Under the pieces are notes generated by a model that was not told the origin of the DNA, did not search any database, and saw only the letters and a list, made by a program, of their open reading frames with translations. From the NCBI GenBank assembly GCA_976226885.1, contig OZ320319.1, forward strand, positions 78,864,001-78,928,000: 64,000 nt of DNA, given 5' to 3'. The position numbers were made by a program, and so were the translations under genes. Each line of letters begins with the position of its first letter. Position 1 is the stretch's first letter. Positions 12,501 through 25,969 of this stretch are shown one piece after another. The DNA comes from Iphione sp. A-MEVVRFRX5. Lineage: Eukaryota.

Positions 12501-15149
12501 AGGGGGGTCCAAGAATGCTTACAAATAATTCAAAGCAGTCATAGTATTTATAAATAAAGCAGATTCCCCTGCACTAAGATGGAGGCAAAAATATTTGCTG
12601 TGTGATAGTACCAGCACAATTTACTATATTGCACCCTTGTCTGCTTGGGTCCAGAATGCAAGTCAGGAATCCACATTTCAATTAATTTTTTCAATGGACT
12701 CTTTATTATTTATTCAGTAATGTTTAATGTTATTGAAATCTTATTTGACTTAACAAATCGATAAGAAATAAAAGGAGATGTTCAATGAAGAAAAACAAAA
12801 CATGCCCCCTGCCAGCTAGTCACCCTCCCTCATCATGGACGAGCAACAGAATGTTTTTTTATGATACTATTAAACTCTTAAAAATGTACAAATTCTAAAG
12901 GTTCGTTTGGCATGGTAAGTTTCATTTTATGTATCTTATAGGTTGAGCGCCCCAGACACCGCCTAGGAGGTGGTGGCTGGGGCACCCGCCCCTGCCACCC
13001 CTGCTGCCACTGACCCCGCCCCAGCCAAGTATGTGAAATGTAATAGTAAAAGTAACATCCTTGGGTATTCTGGAGGAGTCTCTCAATTCTAAAAAGATAG
13101 ATGGTAGTAGGCTAGATAGGAATTCATTCTAAACATGCTTCTTTTTCTTGCAGACCACACAAAAATATCTATGGATATTCCATAGGTTTGGGATCTCCCC
13201 ATGTCCCGTCCAGCATTGATGCCCCTCTGATTTGGGGTGAGCCGCCTAATTGGGGGCTCCCAATCAATACCCATATATCCAAGGTAAGTGGAAGCTTCAG
13301 TCATCTATAATTTGTGTTCAAATTGAGTTGGCGACTGGCAGCTCTGGTGTACATAGTTCTGTTACCTAAATCTGGGAAACATTTAATTCAAGTATACAAG
13401 TTTGGTTTACACTTATATTTTGGGGTCACATTTGTATTTATGCACAAACTATTGATCCCAATGTGTAATATCTACTTCTCAATTATTTTGTCTCACTTAA
13501 TTTCCATTACTCTTATCATTTTCAGACTGTTCAATTATCCAAGTCAACTTTTTATATTTATTCAAGGTAAGGGAAACTTTTATTAGTACATAATTGACTG
13601 ATCACACACAACTTAGAAACATATTCTCTATCCAGCATCTTGTTTTTATCACCTGACTCCGACAGCTCAATCATTGTATGCACAAACAGCAAAATTAGCA
13701 TCATTTATACCCATTTCAATTGTTGTCATGTGCAGTGCGAATGGTCAATTTGAACTTGAGGATGAAGCATGTCTTGCTTTATGTGTATTGTTGTTGAAAT
13801 GATCGAAACCTATTATTTGGTAAGTTGATGTTATTGATATGCTGCCACCTGGTGTTAGAATGTGGGGCTAGCCACACTCTTGGTCAGGCTTTGTTTTGGT
13901 TTGGCACCAACATGCTCTGGTGGGTGATATTAAAGGAAGCCTGTCTGTGAGTCACCCCCCAAAAATAGCTGTTCTATAAACATTATAGTTGTAGCAAAGG
14001 ATTGTAAATAGGTTATATTCATTTCATTCAAATGATTTTAGTATCCAGGAAGGATTTCAGTAGATTAGATAGGCTCAAGTGCTGATGATAACCTGTCATT
14101 TGGTATGTTGATGATTATACCTATCACATGTGTTGCTGCCAGTTGCTTGAATGTGGGGAGCATTGATTGTTAACTGTCAACATGTTTTAGGGTATTTGAA
14201 TGTGTAGAACATCCAATACAAACAAAGTAGATGTGGTAACACTTATATTTATAGGCAAATTGAATTTATATTTGAACTTGTCATCTGGATTTGATGATGG
14301 GTGCCTGTAGAATGCAGACAACCTAAACATATTCTCAATGCTCTTAACACAACACAAAGGCTATTTTTTCCTGTGTGATCATAAATGTTTTTTAAGGACC
14401 GTGTATACATGCATATATATATATATATATAAATGTTTTTTTGGTCGGACAAACATGTTGCAGGGATAAATTGATGAAGAAAATTGGACAACTGGAGTAG
14501 GACCTTGGAACAACTGGACTAAGACGTTGGGTGCCCTGGAGTAATCGTGAGTGGTGGTGGTATGGCCTTAGCTCTATAGGGTGATGACCTGAGCCTAAAT
14601 TTGAAACTAAATTTCAAAAAATCCTTACTTTTTCAACTGTATTTTTTCTACCCTTTTTTAGCTGTGTAGAATGTTGGTTTAAGGTTAGCTTTTGTATCAT
14701 TTGCTGGGGCAGACTTGGTTAAAGTTTCATATATACTGTACAGTAAATGCACTTCATCAGTTACTCTTAGGGTGACTGCGTACATTTGCATAGCACCACA
14801 GAAAAGGGGAGGGTTCACCAAGAGCACTACTCTCCAGCTAAGAGTAGCTTAGCAGTGCATGTGTACTTAGCTGATGTCATTAGGTGCAGATCTGCAGTAC
14901 CACCATATAAGGTGTTACTGTAACAGTAGGAGTCATTCAGTGCTAGCTGCTGTGGTGCAACTTATGGCCACCTTTATTACCATATTAGCAGGTGCATGTC
15001 CATATTATGAGCTTTCTAAGAATCCAGTGATACCATGGAAAATCCCCTGATGTTTGGGAGAGTGTAGCATTCTGGCCTATTCTGACTGGCTAATGGTATT
15101 CTATCTGACTTGAGAGTGTAGCATTGTATCACAAACATTCTATGCCTGT

Positions 15150-16000
15150 TTTTGATTGGTTACTCCCACACGTTGGAGCAACCAGATTATGGAGGAATGC
15201 TTAGCAGACATGGAAAAAGAGAAAAGAAGCACCAATCTAATGAATATAATGATGAAGTTACCTGGGATAGGATCAGTGATCTAGTTAAAATTATAAATGA
15301 GAAAAATATCCTAGCTCCTTGCCTGTCACCAAGTGATTGGGTAAAAAAACCCAACCATTCAAGGCCAATCCTAGTAAAGATCTCTTGTGCGGATAGTCTG
15401 GACAAATTTCAAATTCACTCAAAATTGAAGGATATAAAAACATGTCTCACTTCTATTTTCAGGAGGATTTGCCAGAATTGGTGAAGTCATACCAAATGTT
15501 CGATGCAATTGACGGATCACATGTATCAAAGAAACGTTCTGTAGTCATTTTTAATTGTTTCCTAGATACACAAAATCGGCCAATTGCCTTACTAGCTCAT
15601 AGGAATATATCATAGGAATATGACAAACCAGGTTGTCAGGAGTATCTCTGAAAATGAATGGGGTGTCCTAAATATACAAGACAATTTGCATCCTGCCACC
15701 TATATTTTCCTTTTTTATGGCGACAGATGGTGGTGAAAAATCAACATTGTCAAAGGAAGCTGAAGTTGACCTAATTCCCAATACAACAGCTCATGGCGAA
15801 TGTTCAAGTTTGAAAGGGGCTTCTTGTCCAGATGATTTGATAGTGATGCTTGTGAGAAAAAGCAAAAGAAGAAACTATTATGGGTCTCTGCGAAACTTGT
15901 ACAGTGAGACCTTAAGAGAGGGGAAGATGTTTCCAGTTATCTAGATCATATTATGTTCTTGTTGGCAAAGATCATAAAGAATGTATATATGGATGGTTCC
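15150..16000 (+). pseudogene. Decayed LINE ORF1 (RRM-like) and start of ORF2
   Basis: HSRPILVKISC...KLKDIK resembles the RPI(I/L)VKF...LK motif of LINE ORF1 RRMs; downstream APE traces are faint. Confidence 0.45.
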
Positions 16001-16639
16001 TACATTTCATGATAAAAAGATGAGAAAATGAGAAAAGATATTTCTTATTTTAAGTTTAGACACCATTAGTTTAGGGCCATTTCAGGTTTCATACGGTGTC
16101 AACCCACTACACAAAAAATGGCACCGTTACCGGCTGACAGACCATGGTGTACGTGCATACGAACATGCAGCGCGTCGAGATATGTAACACAGAAGCACAT
16201 AAACTATCTATATCACTGCTACACATCTAGTGATATAGACACGCACACTGAATACATGCAGGCTTTATCACGGACTTCAATCATACCATTGACGCTCATG
16301 CAGACATGCAAAAACAAATGTAAGGTAAAACATCTACTCCATAATGATGCGATATAGCTTCACTATTGGCACTTAGCACCATATACTCAATACACAAGAC
16401 AGTGAAGACATCAATTCACCTCTGACATAACAGTGTAGACATTGCACACGTGCATGACTTAGGACAGCAGATCTTAGACATGTGACATGCAAGAACAAGG
16501 ACGAACAGAACAACATATAAATGTGCAAGGGACACCACATACACATGTACTCATGGGGCACATGATATAACACATATACGATTAGACAGCTCACCGGCTT
16601 TCACCGGTACAGACTCCCTCTAGAAGTAGGTTAATAAAC

Positions 16640-18476
16640 GTTGCCGCAGCTATGGCACTGCTGGACAGGACCAGAGTGGCCTTAGTGCGCTTATAATACC
16701 ATATGTCCTCCACAGTGTTGTATGCAGGTCAGCAATTGACTGTAGGGGCCCTCCCGCATTTCGACTCTGAAGTGCTAAGGTCAATCTGCAAAGCACACAA
16801 TAAAGGGCTGTATGTTTGTGTAGTAGCAATGGATATGCAAAAGCGTTTGACCTAGTTCCATCCGAAACCGTGCTACTGAGAGCAAAGCAAGCGGGAGCAG
16901 GAATCGGTGTGCGCAAACTGCTAGCCAGTTACTTCAGAGACAGATACCAATTCGTCAGGTGCAGAGGTCAGGAGTCTACCCTGAAGGAGATAAAGAATGG
17001 TGTCCCTCAAGGGTCGGTGTTGGGCCCTCATGCCTTTACCCTGGTAATTGACAATGTAGTTGCCACTGTCCCGCAAGGCTGTTCAGTTGTACTCTACGCC
17101 GACGACATCACTGTGGTGGCAGCATCCAAGGATCTACTGAGTCAAAGGTCGGCCACGCAGACGTGTGTTGATGCTATTCATCGCTGGTGTGGTAAGAACG
17201 GACTAATGCTCAGCCCAGGGAAATGTGCCTACATGACTGTACTCAAGGCGGGAGGGGTTGACCTGGACCTGAACATGGACAACGCTGCACTTAGGAGACT
17301 GGATGAATTGGACCTGTTAGGGTACAAGATTGATGACCGATTGTCGTTCAAGAAGAGCATAAAGAGTGTAATGGGCAAAATTTGGGCGGCTGCTGTACAA
17401 ATTGGAAGGGTGAAGCGCTATCTACCGAGGCAGACCCGCATCCTCCTTGTGAAATCACTCTTAGTCCTCCACCTAAGGTATGCCGCAATACTGTACAGTG
17501 GGGTATCAGACTCCGACAAGGTACGGTTACAAGTTCATGTCAACTGATGTGTACGGGTGTGTTTACAAATCGCGGCATTTCTGTCGGCGAGAAGGATCAC
17601 TGTGATGGGAATCCCGAGGGTGACAGACCTGATAGACTCCAGAGGCCTACAGGGGATCCACAGGCAAGTAGGACTGGGTCTGTTACCTATGGAACCAGAT
17701 GGGAGAACCAGGAGAGGCAAAGAACATAGGATCAAGCTTTCCAGGCCGAGATCATCTTTGTATTCCAAGAGCCTGTTCTACAGGGCATTGAGGACATGGA
17801 ATAATCTGCCTGCTGAGATAAGGAACAGGCCTAAATGGGTTAGAAAATGAGGCGACGGCAAGAGTCTGTACACAAGTGACATACTGACTGGATACTGGGT
17901 GATTAAAATGTAGGATCGACGCTACGTACTTAAACTACATTATATGGTAATCCGACGTCCAGTTCTGACATGTGGGGGCAACAGGGGATTACAGTATGGG
18001 TGTTACCGTAGTACGAATATCACGATTAGGGAAACTAGAATAGCGATTCAATAATTTGTCCTGATATATCTGTCTACATGCAGCACAACTTGTGGCTTGC
18101 CTAGTTCACAAACTGTGATTAAGCCATTTTGACGCATATGGCTAACCTCTCATGTCTTGATAACGGGTATATTCACACAGTATTGTAAATTTCCATGTTC
18201 TGTTAAATTGGGACCATGCTGTTTGCTTTGCAATGCTACCAAACGTCATACTTACTGATGCTGCTTACTAGCTGTGATATTCATGACTTACTTACTAGTC
18301 TTATGCACTATGTACAATATAGCACGTATTACTGATCACCTTAAATCGAAATCTGTTTTTGTCAATCTAGCAAAATCTTTGTGACTGTAGAGATCTCAAT
18401 TTACCAAGGAGAACTTCATGTAATCGTTCATGGAGATTTGGTGAATAAAAGCATTTGAATTTGAATTTGAATTTGA
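16640..18476 (+). mobile_element. 5'-truncated CR1/L2-group LINE (copy X1)
   Basis: RT motifs AKAFD, GVPQGSVLGP, LYADD (16816-17547) and C-terminal RTWNNLP (to 17850, after a frameshift); 3' UTR ends in stem-loop, AATAAA (18444) and (TTTGAA)n tail. 5' boundary approximate. Confidence 0.85.
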
Positions 18477-18479
18477 TTT

Positions 18480-20380
18480 CCCACCCATATGCTCGCTCCA
18501 CTCACAATCTATCATATCAGTCAGTCCTCTGGTCACCTGTCACCACCCAAATCTATACAAGTTCCATCCCGTCAGCTACAACCTCTGTACCCTCGTGTGT
18601 CAATGCCTAGGTACTTCTCCAGTGCTTGTGGCATGACCTTCTTCATCCTTGTCTGAGTGATCACTTTTCCAGCTTCATCATATCATTCAGATTCACACCA
18701 TTTCATTGGCCATTGTCAACCTTAGCCAGGGTTTCAGCTTCGGCTTTCTCATCCCCTTCAGAGCCAGGGGCAGTTTATTCCAGGCAGCCACCGCTCAATA
18801 TCTCAGCCCATTACGGAACCAAGTACTCCTCGGTTTTGGCAGCTGCAGGCACGTGGAACACCCCGCACGAGTGCGTGATTTCTTCACTTTCGGCAGGAGT
18901 TGCAGGTTCATTTGGCAATGTATCGCCATCAAAGCCCGCTCATCAACAATTTCCTTGATCCTAGGAATTCCATGCCGGATTGATAATTCCCTGGAGGAGA
19001 CGTTGTTGTTTTTTTCACACCCTTATGCGAAGGCACCTATTCAGGTGCACATTCATCAACACAGCCCCATAGTGAACATGAGGCAACACGAGGGCCTTAA
19101 ACAATCTTCCTCTCACCTGGGCCGGCAATAGTGGTTTTACCCGGCTTAGCTTTAAGGCAGCTCCCCACATGGCCTTGATGCTTTTTAAGGCCGGCTTGAA
19201 CTTAAGTTATAATCTGATGAGTCTGGGTTTTTTTTAACCTAAGCATAATACTTGTAACTTATCTACCTAAACAAAATGCATCGTTGCTAGCAAAAACGCA
19301 TAGCCATCAGTATGTAAACACGTGCAACGACTCTCATTATCAATATGTGTCATAGTGAGAGCATCCTAAAGAAGGCTTATGATTGTATGACTGTATGCCT
19401 GTAGTACATGCGCTGTGACTCTTCCATAAACCACACCTAGAGGTGAAGCCAAATAAAGCCCTCTATTCTCTTTACGTTGTTACATATGATTCGCTGGTTT
19501 GTAATAATTTGTCTGGTATTATAGACTCATTAATCCATGATTAATCTACTACGCCTCACAATTGTAACTTACTATCTTAGCAAAATTAATGTCACTAGCA
19601 ACAATGAACAGCCCTCACTAGGTACATGCCAACAATGAGTCTAATCATCATTATGTGACATAGAGTGAGAAACCCACATGAGGTCTTATAATTGTATAAT
19701 TGCAGGATTGTATTCTGTAACCATAGCAGAGAGCATCTCGGTGATCATGTGGTAGACTGTAATGAAGATCGAGCTGTGTGTCTGAAGGCATTGAATCCCC
19801 TACCCGTGCTAGTTGTGTATTGCCCTGTGATATTTTTGTGCTTAACGCTTGACGTAATATACTGTTAGATCGTAGTCTTTGTCCTTGCTGTGCATACCCT
19901 ACCCATATATCCACAAATGTCCAATGATGTAAACTGAACACACCTGCACATAACAGCACTGCAACCTTTCTATATTTCTATATGTTCACTACGCACTCTG
20001 ATTGTATTACCCAAGGAGAGCTCTGTGTAACAACGGAGATTTGGATAATAAAAGCTCTTGAATCTTGAATCTTGAAGTTTTGAGTCAATCAAGTAGCCTA
20101 GTAGGTTAGTTTGAGTGACAAGTTCCAACTGACTTCCGTTGATTGTGAGGTCAAGAGGTGTATTTGTTGCTCTGCCTAAAACTAGGTAGCAGCACTTACC
20201 TTCACTCAACAGAAGTCCATTGTCTTTCATCCACTGTGAGACGACATTGATTGCCCTTTGTGAAAGAGCCCGTAGATGCAGTAGATCTGTAGCCATAACC
20301 AGCACAGATAGATCGTCCGCATAAAGGACAGATTCGCACCCGCCCGGCATCTTGTTCACCACAGTGTCAATGACCAAGGT
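18480..20380 (-). mobile_element. Related LINE RT fragment (copy X2), split by X4
   Basis: LYADD...LLGYLIDSKL (20377-20075) continues as LKFKPALKSIKAMWGAA...LPAQVRGRLFKALVLPHVHY (19208-18700) once X4 is removed. The rest of its 3' UTR may be the minus-strand GT-rich segment at about 16010-16620 (inference). Confidence 0.75.
19209..20074 (+). mobile_element. 5'-truncated LINE 3'-UTR-only copy (X4) inserted in X2
   Basis: Ends in the same stem-loop, AATAAA (20047) and (CTTGAAT)n tail; flanked by AAGTT at 19204-19208 and 20075-20079; removal restores the X2 frame. Confidence 0.75.
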
Positions 20381-20513
20381 GAATGATCTACAAGAGAAAT
20401 TTCAGAAAAGTTAACAATGCACAAATGATATCAAGAAAAAACTCTGAAGATGGCGATCGAGTAGACGTGCGGTCTTGACTCCCCCCGAAGAATTGCGAAT
20501 TGTGGATTGCAAC

Positions 20514-21893
20514 ATGCCCTCACAACGCTGTAAAAACGCGAAACAAACAGGCAACACACCAGTGCTTCGATCCATGACAAGATCGAAGAAAGGTCAGGTC
20601 CCACAAGATGAAGACGACGGGTTTTCGGCCAGGTCAGACGATAATGGGGAGATTTCCAATGCAGATGGCAGGAGTACGTGTGGAGGTGACAGTGACAGCG
20701 TCCTAGGGAGCTGTCGGTGTCAATGTCAGTGTAATGACAGCCACTCACTACATGATGCTATCAAGGAAATCAAGGAGCTGCGAATCACTATGGATAAGGA
20801 GAGTACTGACCTGAGACAAGAACTGCGCAACTTGAGAAGTTTGTTGGAAGAGTTACGTGCCTGGAAGATTGATACCGAAAGATGCATTGACGGCGTCATG
20901 ACCCGCCATCTACTGTCACTCGAAGCTAGAGTCACTTTGCTGTCAAAGAAGACGGATAATCTGGACATCGAGTTGTCCAGATATGAAATTGATGAGAGGA
21001 GTCGTGATCTTATCATCGAAGGGGTGCAGACTAGCCCAGATGTGGAGATGGAGGAATCGGTGGCCGGCATCCTGAATTTGGCCTGTGACAAGTCGGGTGA
21101 CGACATAGTAAGCATCATGAAACTCGGTGATGACAGGCGAGGCAGCAGAATCAGAGTGAAGGTGAATTCCAGAGAAGTTCGCTCGGATATCCTGAAAGGT
21201 AGGGCGAAACTAGCAAAGTCCAAGGGCTTCGAGGCGGTCTACATCAAGGAGGATATTCCGGCCAGGGCAATGGAGCTGCATAAACTTCAAATTCGCCAAG
21301 CATCGTCCGCTAAGAAGCAAGGGAAGCGTGCAAGCGTGAGAGGCATGAATCTCTACGTGGATGGCGATCGCTTCACGCCGCAAGACAGTGGGTACATTCC
21401 TGGGGACACAGTACCACTTGAGGATTCGCTACGTTTGGACGACAAATACTGTGTGTTTAGCAATGATGCGGTAGGTCTGTCACCTTTAGAGAAATCACCA
21501 GTGATTTTTGACAGTATTTGTTTTGATTCGGCTGAGACGGCCTTCCGGTGGTCGCAGTCTCGCACTTGCAAAGACTCTCGCGCTGAACGAGAAATAAACA
21601 AATGCACATCCGGTTCCGCAACGCGAAGAGAAGGTTCGAAAATTGAGGCGAATGAACAATGGTTGGACTCACAAGAGGTAATTCTTGAACAGGTTCTGAG
21701 GGCAAAGTATGATCTTCATCCACATCTTTTGAAGGTTCTGAAAAGTACAGGCAAAAGTGTGATACTGTATGCTGATCGTGATGAATTCTTGGGAACAGGT
21801 TACTCAATGCACAGTAAGGTTAACAATGGCGGGAAAGCGATGGGGCAGAATATGTTAGGCAAAGCCCTGATGAAAATACGAGACACTATGTAA
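20514..21893 (+). CDS. LINE ORF1p: coiled coil + RRM-like + CTD + C-terminal NADAR (YbiA-like) domain, 459 aa
   Basis: Heptad region HDAIK...RYE; RSRDLIIEGV / RIRVKV / VYIKEDI / NLYVDG as in L1-type ORF1p. The last 150 aa or so match the NADAR pattern (FDSAETAF, QW...LRAKYDLHPHLLKVLKSTG, DEFLGTG, GQNMLGKALMKIRD). Confidence 0.8.
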   Translation: MPSQRCKNAKQTGNTPVLRSMTRSKKGQVPQDEDDGFSARSDDNGEISNADGRSTCGGDSDSVLGSCRCQCQCNDSHSLHDAIKEIKELRITMDKESTDLRQELRNLRSLLEELRAWKIDTERCIDGVMTRHLLSLEARVTLLSKKTDNLDIELSRYEIDERSRDLIIEGVQTSPDVEMEESVAGILNLACDKSGDDIVSIMKLGDDRRGSRIRVKVNSREVRSDILKGRAKLAKSKGFEAVYIKEDIPARAMELHKLQIRQASSAKKQGKRASVRGMNLYVDGDRFTPQDSGYIPGDTVPLEDSLRLDDKYCVFSNDAVGLSPLEKSPVIFDSICFDSAETAFRWSQSRTCKDSRAEREINKCTSGSATRREGSKIEANEQWLDSQEVILEQVLRAKYDLHPHLLKVLKSTGKSVILYADRDEFLGTGYSMHSKVNNGGKAMGQNMLGKALMKIRDTM

Positions 21894-22071
21894 TTCATTT
21901 GTGGTCTCTGTAAAATGGTTTCAATGTGTAGTCGAGTATCATGTATTTCCTTATTGTCAGTCATGCTGATTATACTCACTTATGATGAACAGTATGATGT
22001 GAACTTAATTGATGTAAGATGATGCATTATGTGTGTACGTGTGTGTACGATTAGATAGAGTAACCTAATAT

Positions 22072-22779
22072 ATGCTCATTAATTTCAATTTCACTCATGC
22101 AGAATTTTGGCTTAGGAATAGGCACTCCAAGCCACATCGCAGAAGGTTACGGGTTCTCTGGATTCTTGACAGATGCACCTTGCCTACTGTTCGTAAATTG
22201 GACATGGGTGCTCTCCCGCCGATATCTATTCATGGGTTGGTGGTGAGAAGAGCGACATATGGCTTCCTGTGGCGAACTTGACTATTATGTGACACTACTA
22301 CTTACGATCTAGTCCTGCTCTCTATTGGGACTCTGGATATGATAGTCAGGGAGGACGGTCAATGTTCCGTATGAAGAAGAGGTGCATGGGCCTTCAAGTT
22401 ATACATGACGAAGCTGATCGACAAGTTAACAGCCTGGCTATGGACTCCAAGTCAAGCTGGCCCCAAGTTAGTCTGCTGTCCTGTATCTGGTGTGGACTTG
22501 TCAAGATTGGAGCCAGACATGGACCTGGACTCAGAGGAGCTGTTGCTGCAAGCAGCACTGATAGTGCACAACGGGGTATGTGAGTATACTGCTCGTAGGT
22601 ATGGTCTTTCGCCCCCAGCACTTGACACACCAGTAAATGTGGAGGTCAATGGGCTTCCACACATTGATGACAACTATCTTCGAGCGGACGGCCTGAGAGT
22701 AACATCAGATACTGTCTGTAAATGGGCCAGATCCATAGAGACTTTTCTGCATCAATTCTGCATTAAAATGATGTATTGA
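22072..22779 (+). pseudogene. Middle ORF, divergent SGNH/esterase-fold-like protein with two in-frame TGA stops
   Basis: ORFs 22072..22281 and 22405..22779 share one frame (stops at 22279 and 22372). Blocks RVLWILD, YDLVLLSIGTLD and YLRADGLRVT resemble SGNH blocks I, III and V with the catalytic Ser and His absent. Confidence 0.55.
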
Positions 22780-23209
22780 CATGTAAATGGGCCTAGATAT
22801 CGTATTGGTTACATGTGTTTAGAATAGTAAGTGCTATAACCTGTTATTATAAGGAGAAATGTCTGAGAAGTACACTGATATAGTACAGCTGTCCCAATTT
22901 ATATTATATTAGCATGAGACCAGTCACATGGCTGGATAATCATTGTTTGTGCCATGTGATCGATGATGATATGAGGACGGTGATACTTGTAGTTGATTGG
23001 TTATGAGTCAGGAGAAATCACTTAACAGCCATTATCCAGGATAAAAAAGACCTTTTCCTTTTATTACTGTTAACTTTGCTGATTGTATGGATGATTGTGG
23101 CTATAGCGTTCAATTGTGATGTTAGTGCATCTAAGTGTTGTGAGGGCCAGAAATGAACTCATGTGGGGGGGGGGGGTTACACTAGACAGTTTGTGTACGA
23201 TAGAGAGAA

Positions 23210-25969
23210 ATGAAAGGCGTGTGTGTCATGGTGTATAACATTAGAAGTTTAGGGAAGAAGGTATCTCAACTGGAGTGTTTGTTGAAAAAGGAAGACGTGG
23301 ACATTTGCTGTTTAACGGAGACTTGGTTGGGGAAAGATCACTCAGATAGTGAAATAGCTATAAAGGGTTTTAAAATAATCAGGGAAGATAGACCGCATGG
23401 TCAGGGGCGCAGAGGGGGTGGGCTATTGATCTATCATAAGGAAAACTTCCGACTTATAAGATCAGAGGGTTTTAGGGGAACGGAGACAAAGACAGAATTT
23501 CTTAGTGCACGACTGAAAGGAGGGGAAAGAGGCAGTCTGGACATCTTGGTGATATATAGGCCACCAAATGAGAAGGTATCGAGCTCAGCACATGACCTGG
23601 AAGCGGCTCTCAAACAATCAAACTGGCCGGGGAGGAGCAAGAGGCTACTAGTAGGTGACTTCAACTACGATTACTCCAGCATGACGAATGCGAATGGCAG
23701 CTTGGCTACGGTAATTTCCAGCAAAGGTTTCATCCAGATGGTGGATGAGCCAACAATGGTGCTAAGCCGGCATTGTTTAGACCACTGTTGGATAAACTTC
23801 GATGGCCAGCTTTCATGTGCTACGACGGATGCCTTCCTGAGCGATCATCTCCCGGTACTTCTGCGACTTTGTTGCAGAAAACCAAAAATGGTTCAAGTCA
23901 AGAGGCAGAAGCATTGCTGGAGCAGACTGGACCTGCAAGATTTACATGACACCCTAAGAAAGGAGGCCATTGTCATGGATGGTGACCATGAAGAATCATG
24001 GGACCACTTCGAAAACAGACTGCGAGAGGAACTGAATACCAGATGCCCTGTGAAAGAGTACTCCTTTAAGGAATCAGAGGACGGTCTGGAGGTACCGTAT
24101 GGAGTCAGAGAGCTCATTAAGGATCGGGCATATTTCCTAAAAAGATGGAGGAAAACTCGATGCGAAGACAGCAAGCGTATTTTCAAGCATCTAAACCATC
24201 GAGTGAAGCATGCTATGATCAGGCTAAGGAAAGAAAAATGGGAAATATGAGTAAGGGAGGCAGGTAAGAACACCCACAAACTCTGGAATGTACAACATGA
24301 TGCTCTTGGCAACAAGGACACCTCTCTGAACTTACCGGATGAAGAGAAGACAAAAAAGATCACTGGACTGCCTTTAGCTGATGCGCTAAATGCAGCCTTC
24401 GTTGATGAGGTGAATCGGCTGGGTGCTACTTTAGCATCAGTGCCAGGATTCGTTCTGGAGAGGAATTTCACAGGCATGGAGCTTGAAACTCCAAGCCCAA
24501 CTGAAATCCTGCAACTGATCAAGAAACAGAAGTTAACTAAATCATCGGGTCTGGAAGGAATCCCTACAAGGGTGCTGAAACCTCTTCTGGGGATGATTCC
24601 GGATTTTCTAGCATGGCTTTTTCGAATGATATATGAGACAGGCCGGTATCCCAGCTCCTGGAAAAAGGCCAGGGTCACTCCGCTTCATAAGCGAGGAGAC
24701 CCAGATGAGTTAACAAACTATTGCCCTGTCTCTATTTTGCCCTTACAAGGGAAAATATGTGAAGGGTGGTTTGTCCCGGCGATCACAAAGATCCTCAAGT
24801 CCAATGGAGCCTTGCATCATTGCCAACACGGCTTCCGCACGGGAAAAGGAACAGAGAGTGCCATTGCTCAACTGGTTACCAAAGCAATGTGCCTGCTGAA
24901 TGAAGGTGCATACACGTGCCTTCTCACGTTAGACTTCAAGAAGGCATTTGACCTTCTGCCACACGAGAGCGTAGTGAGGAGGTTGGACGAACTAGGCTTG
25001 AGTAGTAGAACACTGAAGATGGTACACTCCTACTTAAGTGGTAGAAAACAGTTCGTGCGATGCGGAGGTAAAGACTCTGAGGAACTGGACCTGGAGCGTG
25101 GAGTGCCACAGGGATCGATTTTTGGTCCCTGTGCCTTTACACTGGTCTTGGACACTTTACCAGATGTCCTACCAGCAGGTACGTGTCCAGTAATGTATGC
25201 GGACGATGTGTCCATACTTGTCTGGTCTGGTGATCTGCTGCGTCTGCGTGGGATATGCCAGAGAGTTCTGTACGCAATTGAAACTTGGTGTCACAGAACA
25301 GGCCTATTGCTGAGCCCGTCAAAATGCAAGCATATGCCACTTGGCAGATCAAGTGGGCTAGACTTGGATCTCACACTAGCTGGTAACAAACTAGGCCTGG
25401 AACAGACAACAAAGCTCTTGGGATTCACAGTGGACAGTAGGTTGAGAATGAAAGACAGCATCAGGGAGGTAATGAGAAAGTCTTGGGTGATCGCCAAGCG
25501 CCTTGGCAGACTTAAAAGGGTGCTCCCCTTTAATGCCTCCTTGACATTTGTCAAGGCCATGATCCTGCCACATTTCAGGTACCAATCAGTGTTGTGGTAC
25601 GAATTGGTGAGCACTGACATTATAAGGCTGCAAATACACCTTAATCGGTGTTGCAGGGTGGCACTACCTTGCAAGGACTATCTTTCGGCTAGTCAGCTAC
25701 ATCGTGTACATGGGGTAGAGAGAATCTCCGATATGGTTGAACACTGTGGCCTAAACACGGTTCACAAGTTGTTCAGGGAAGGCTTATTGCCTTCTGGCCA
25801 ACTCTCCGTGACGAGAGCTGGAAGGGGGAGGCGGGGATCCACTATGAGGCCAAGGTCATTCGCCTTCGCTCGATCTTTGGCCTACAAAGGTGTCAGACGC
25901 TGGAACGCTCTACCTGAACGGGTAAAAGCACTGAATAGGCTACCTAGATCGCTGACTCTGTCAGTATAG
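23210..25969 (+). pseudogene. LINE ORF2p, APE endonuclease + reverse transcriptase (919 codons, one in-frame TGA at 24248)
   Basis: APE motifs YNIRSL, ETWL, YRPP, GDFN, SDHLPV; RT motifs LDFKKAFD, GVPQGSIFGP, YADD; ORFs 23210 and 24410 are in the same frame. Confidence 0.92.
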
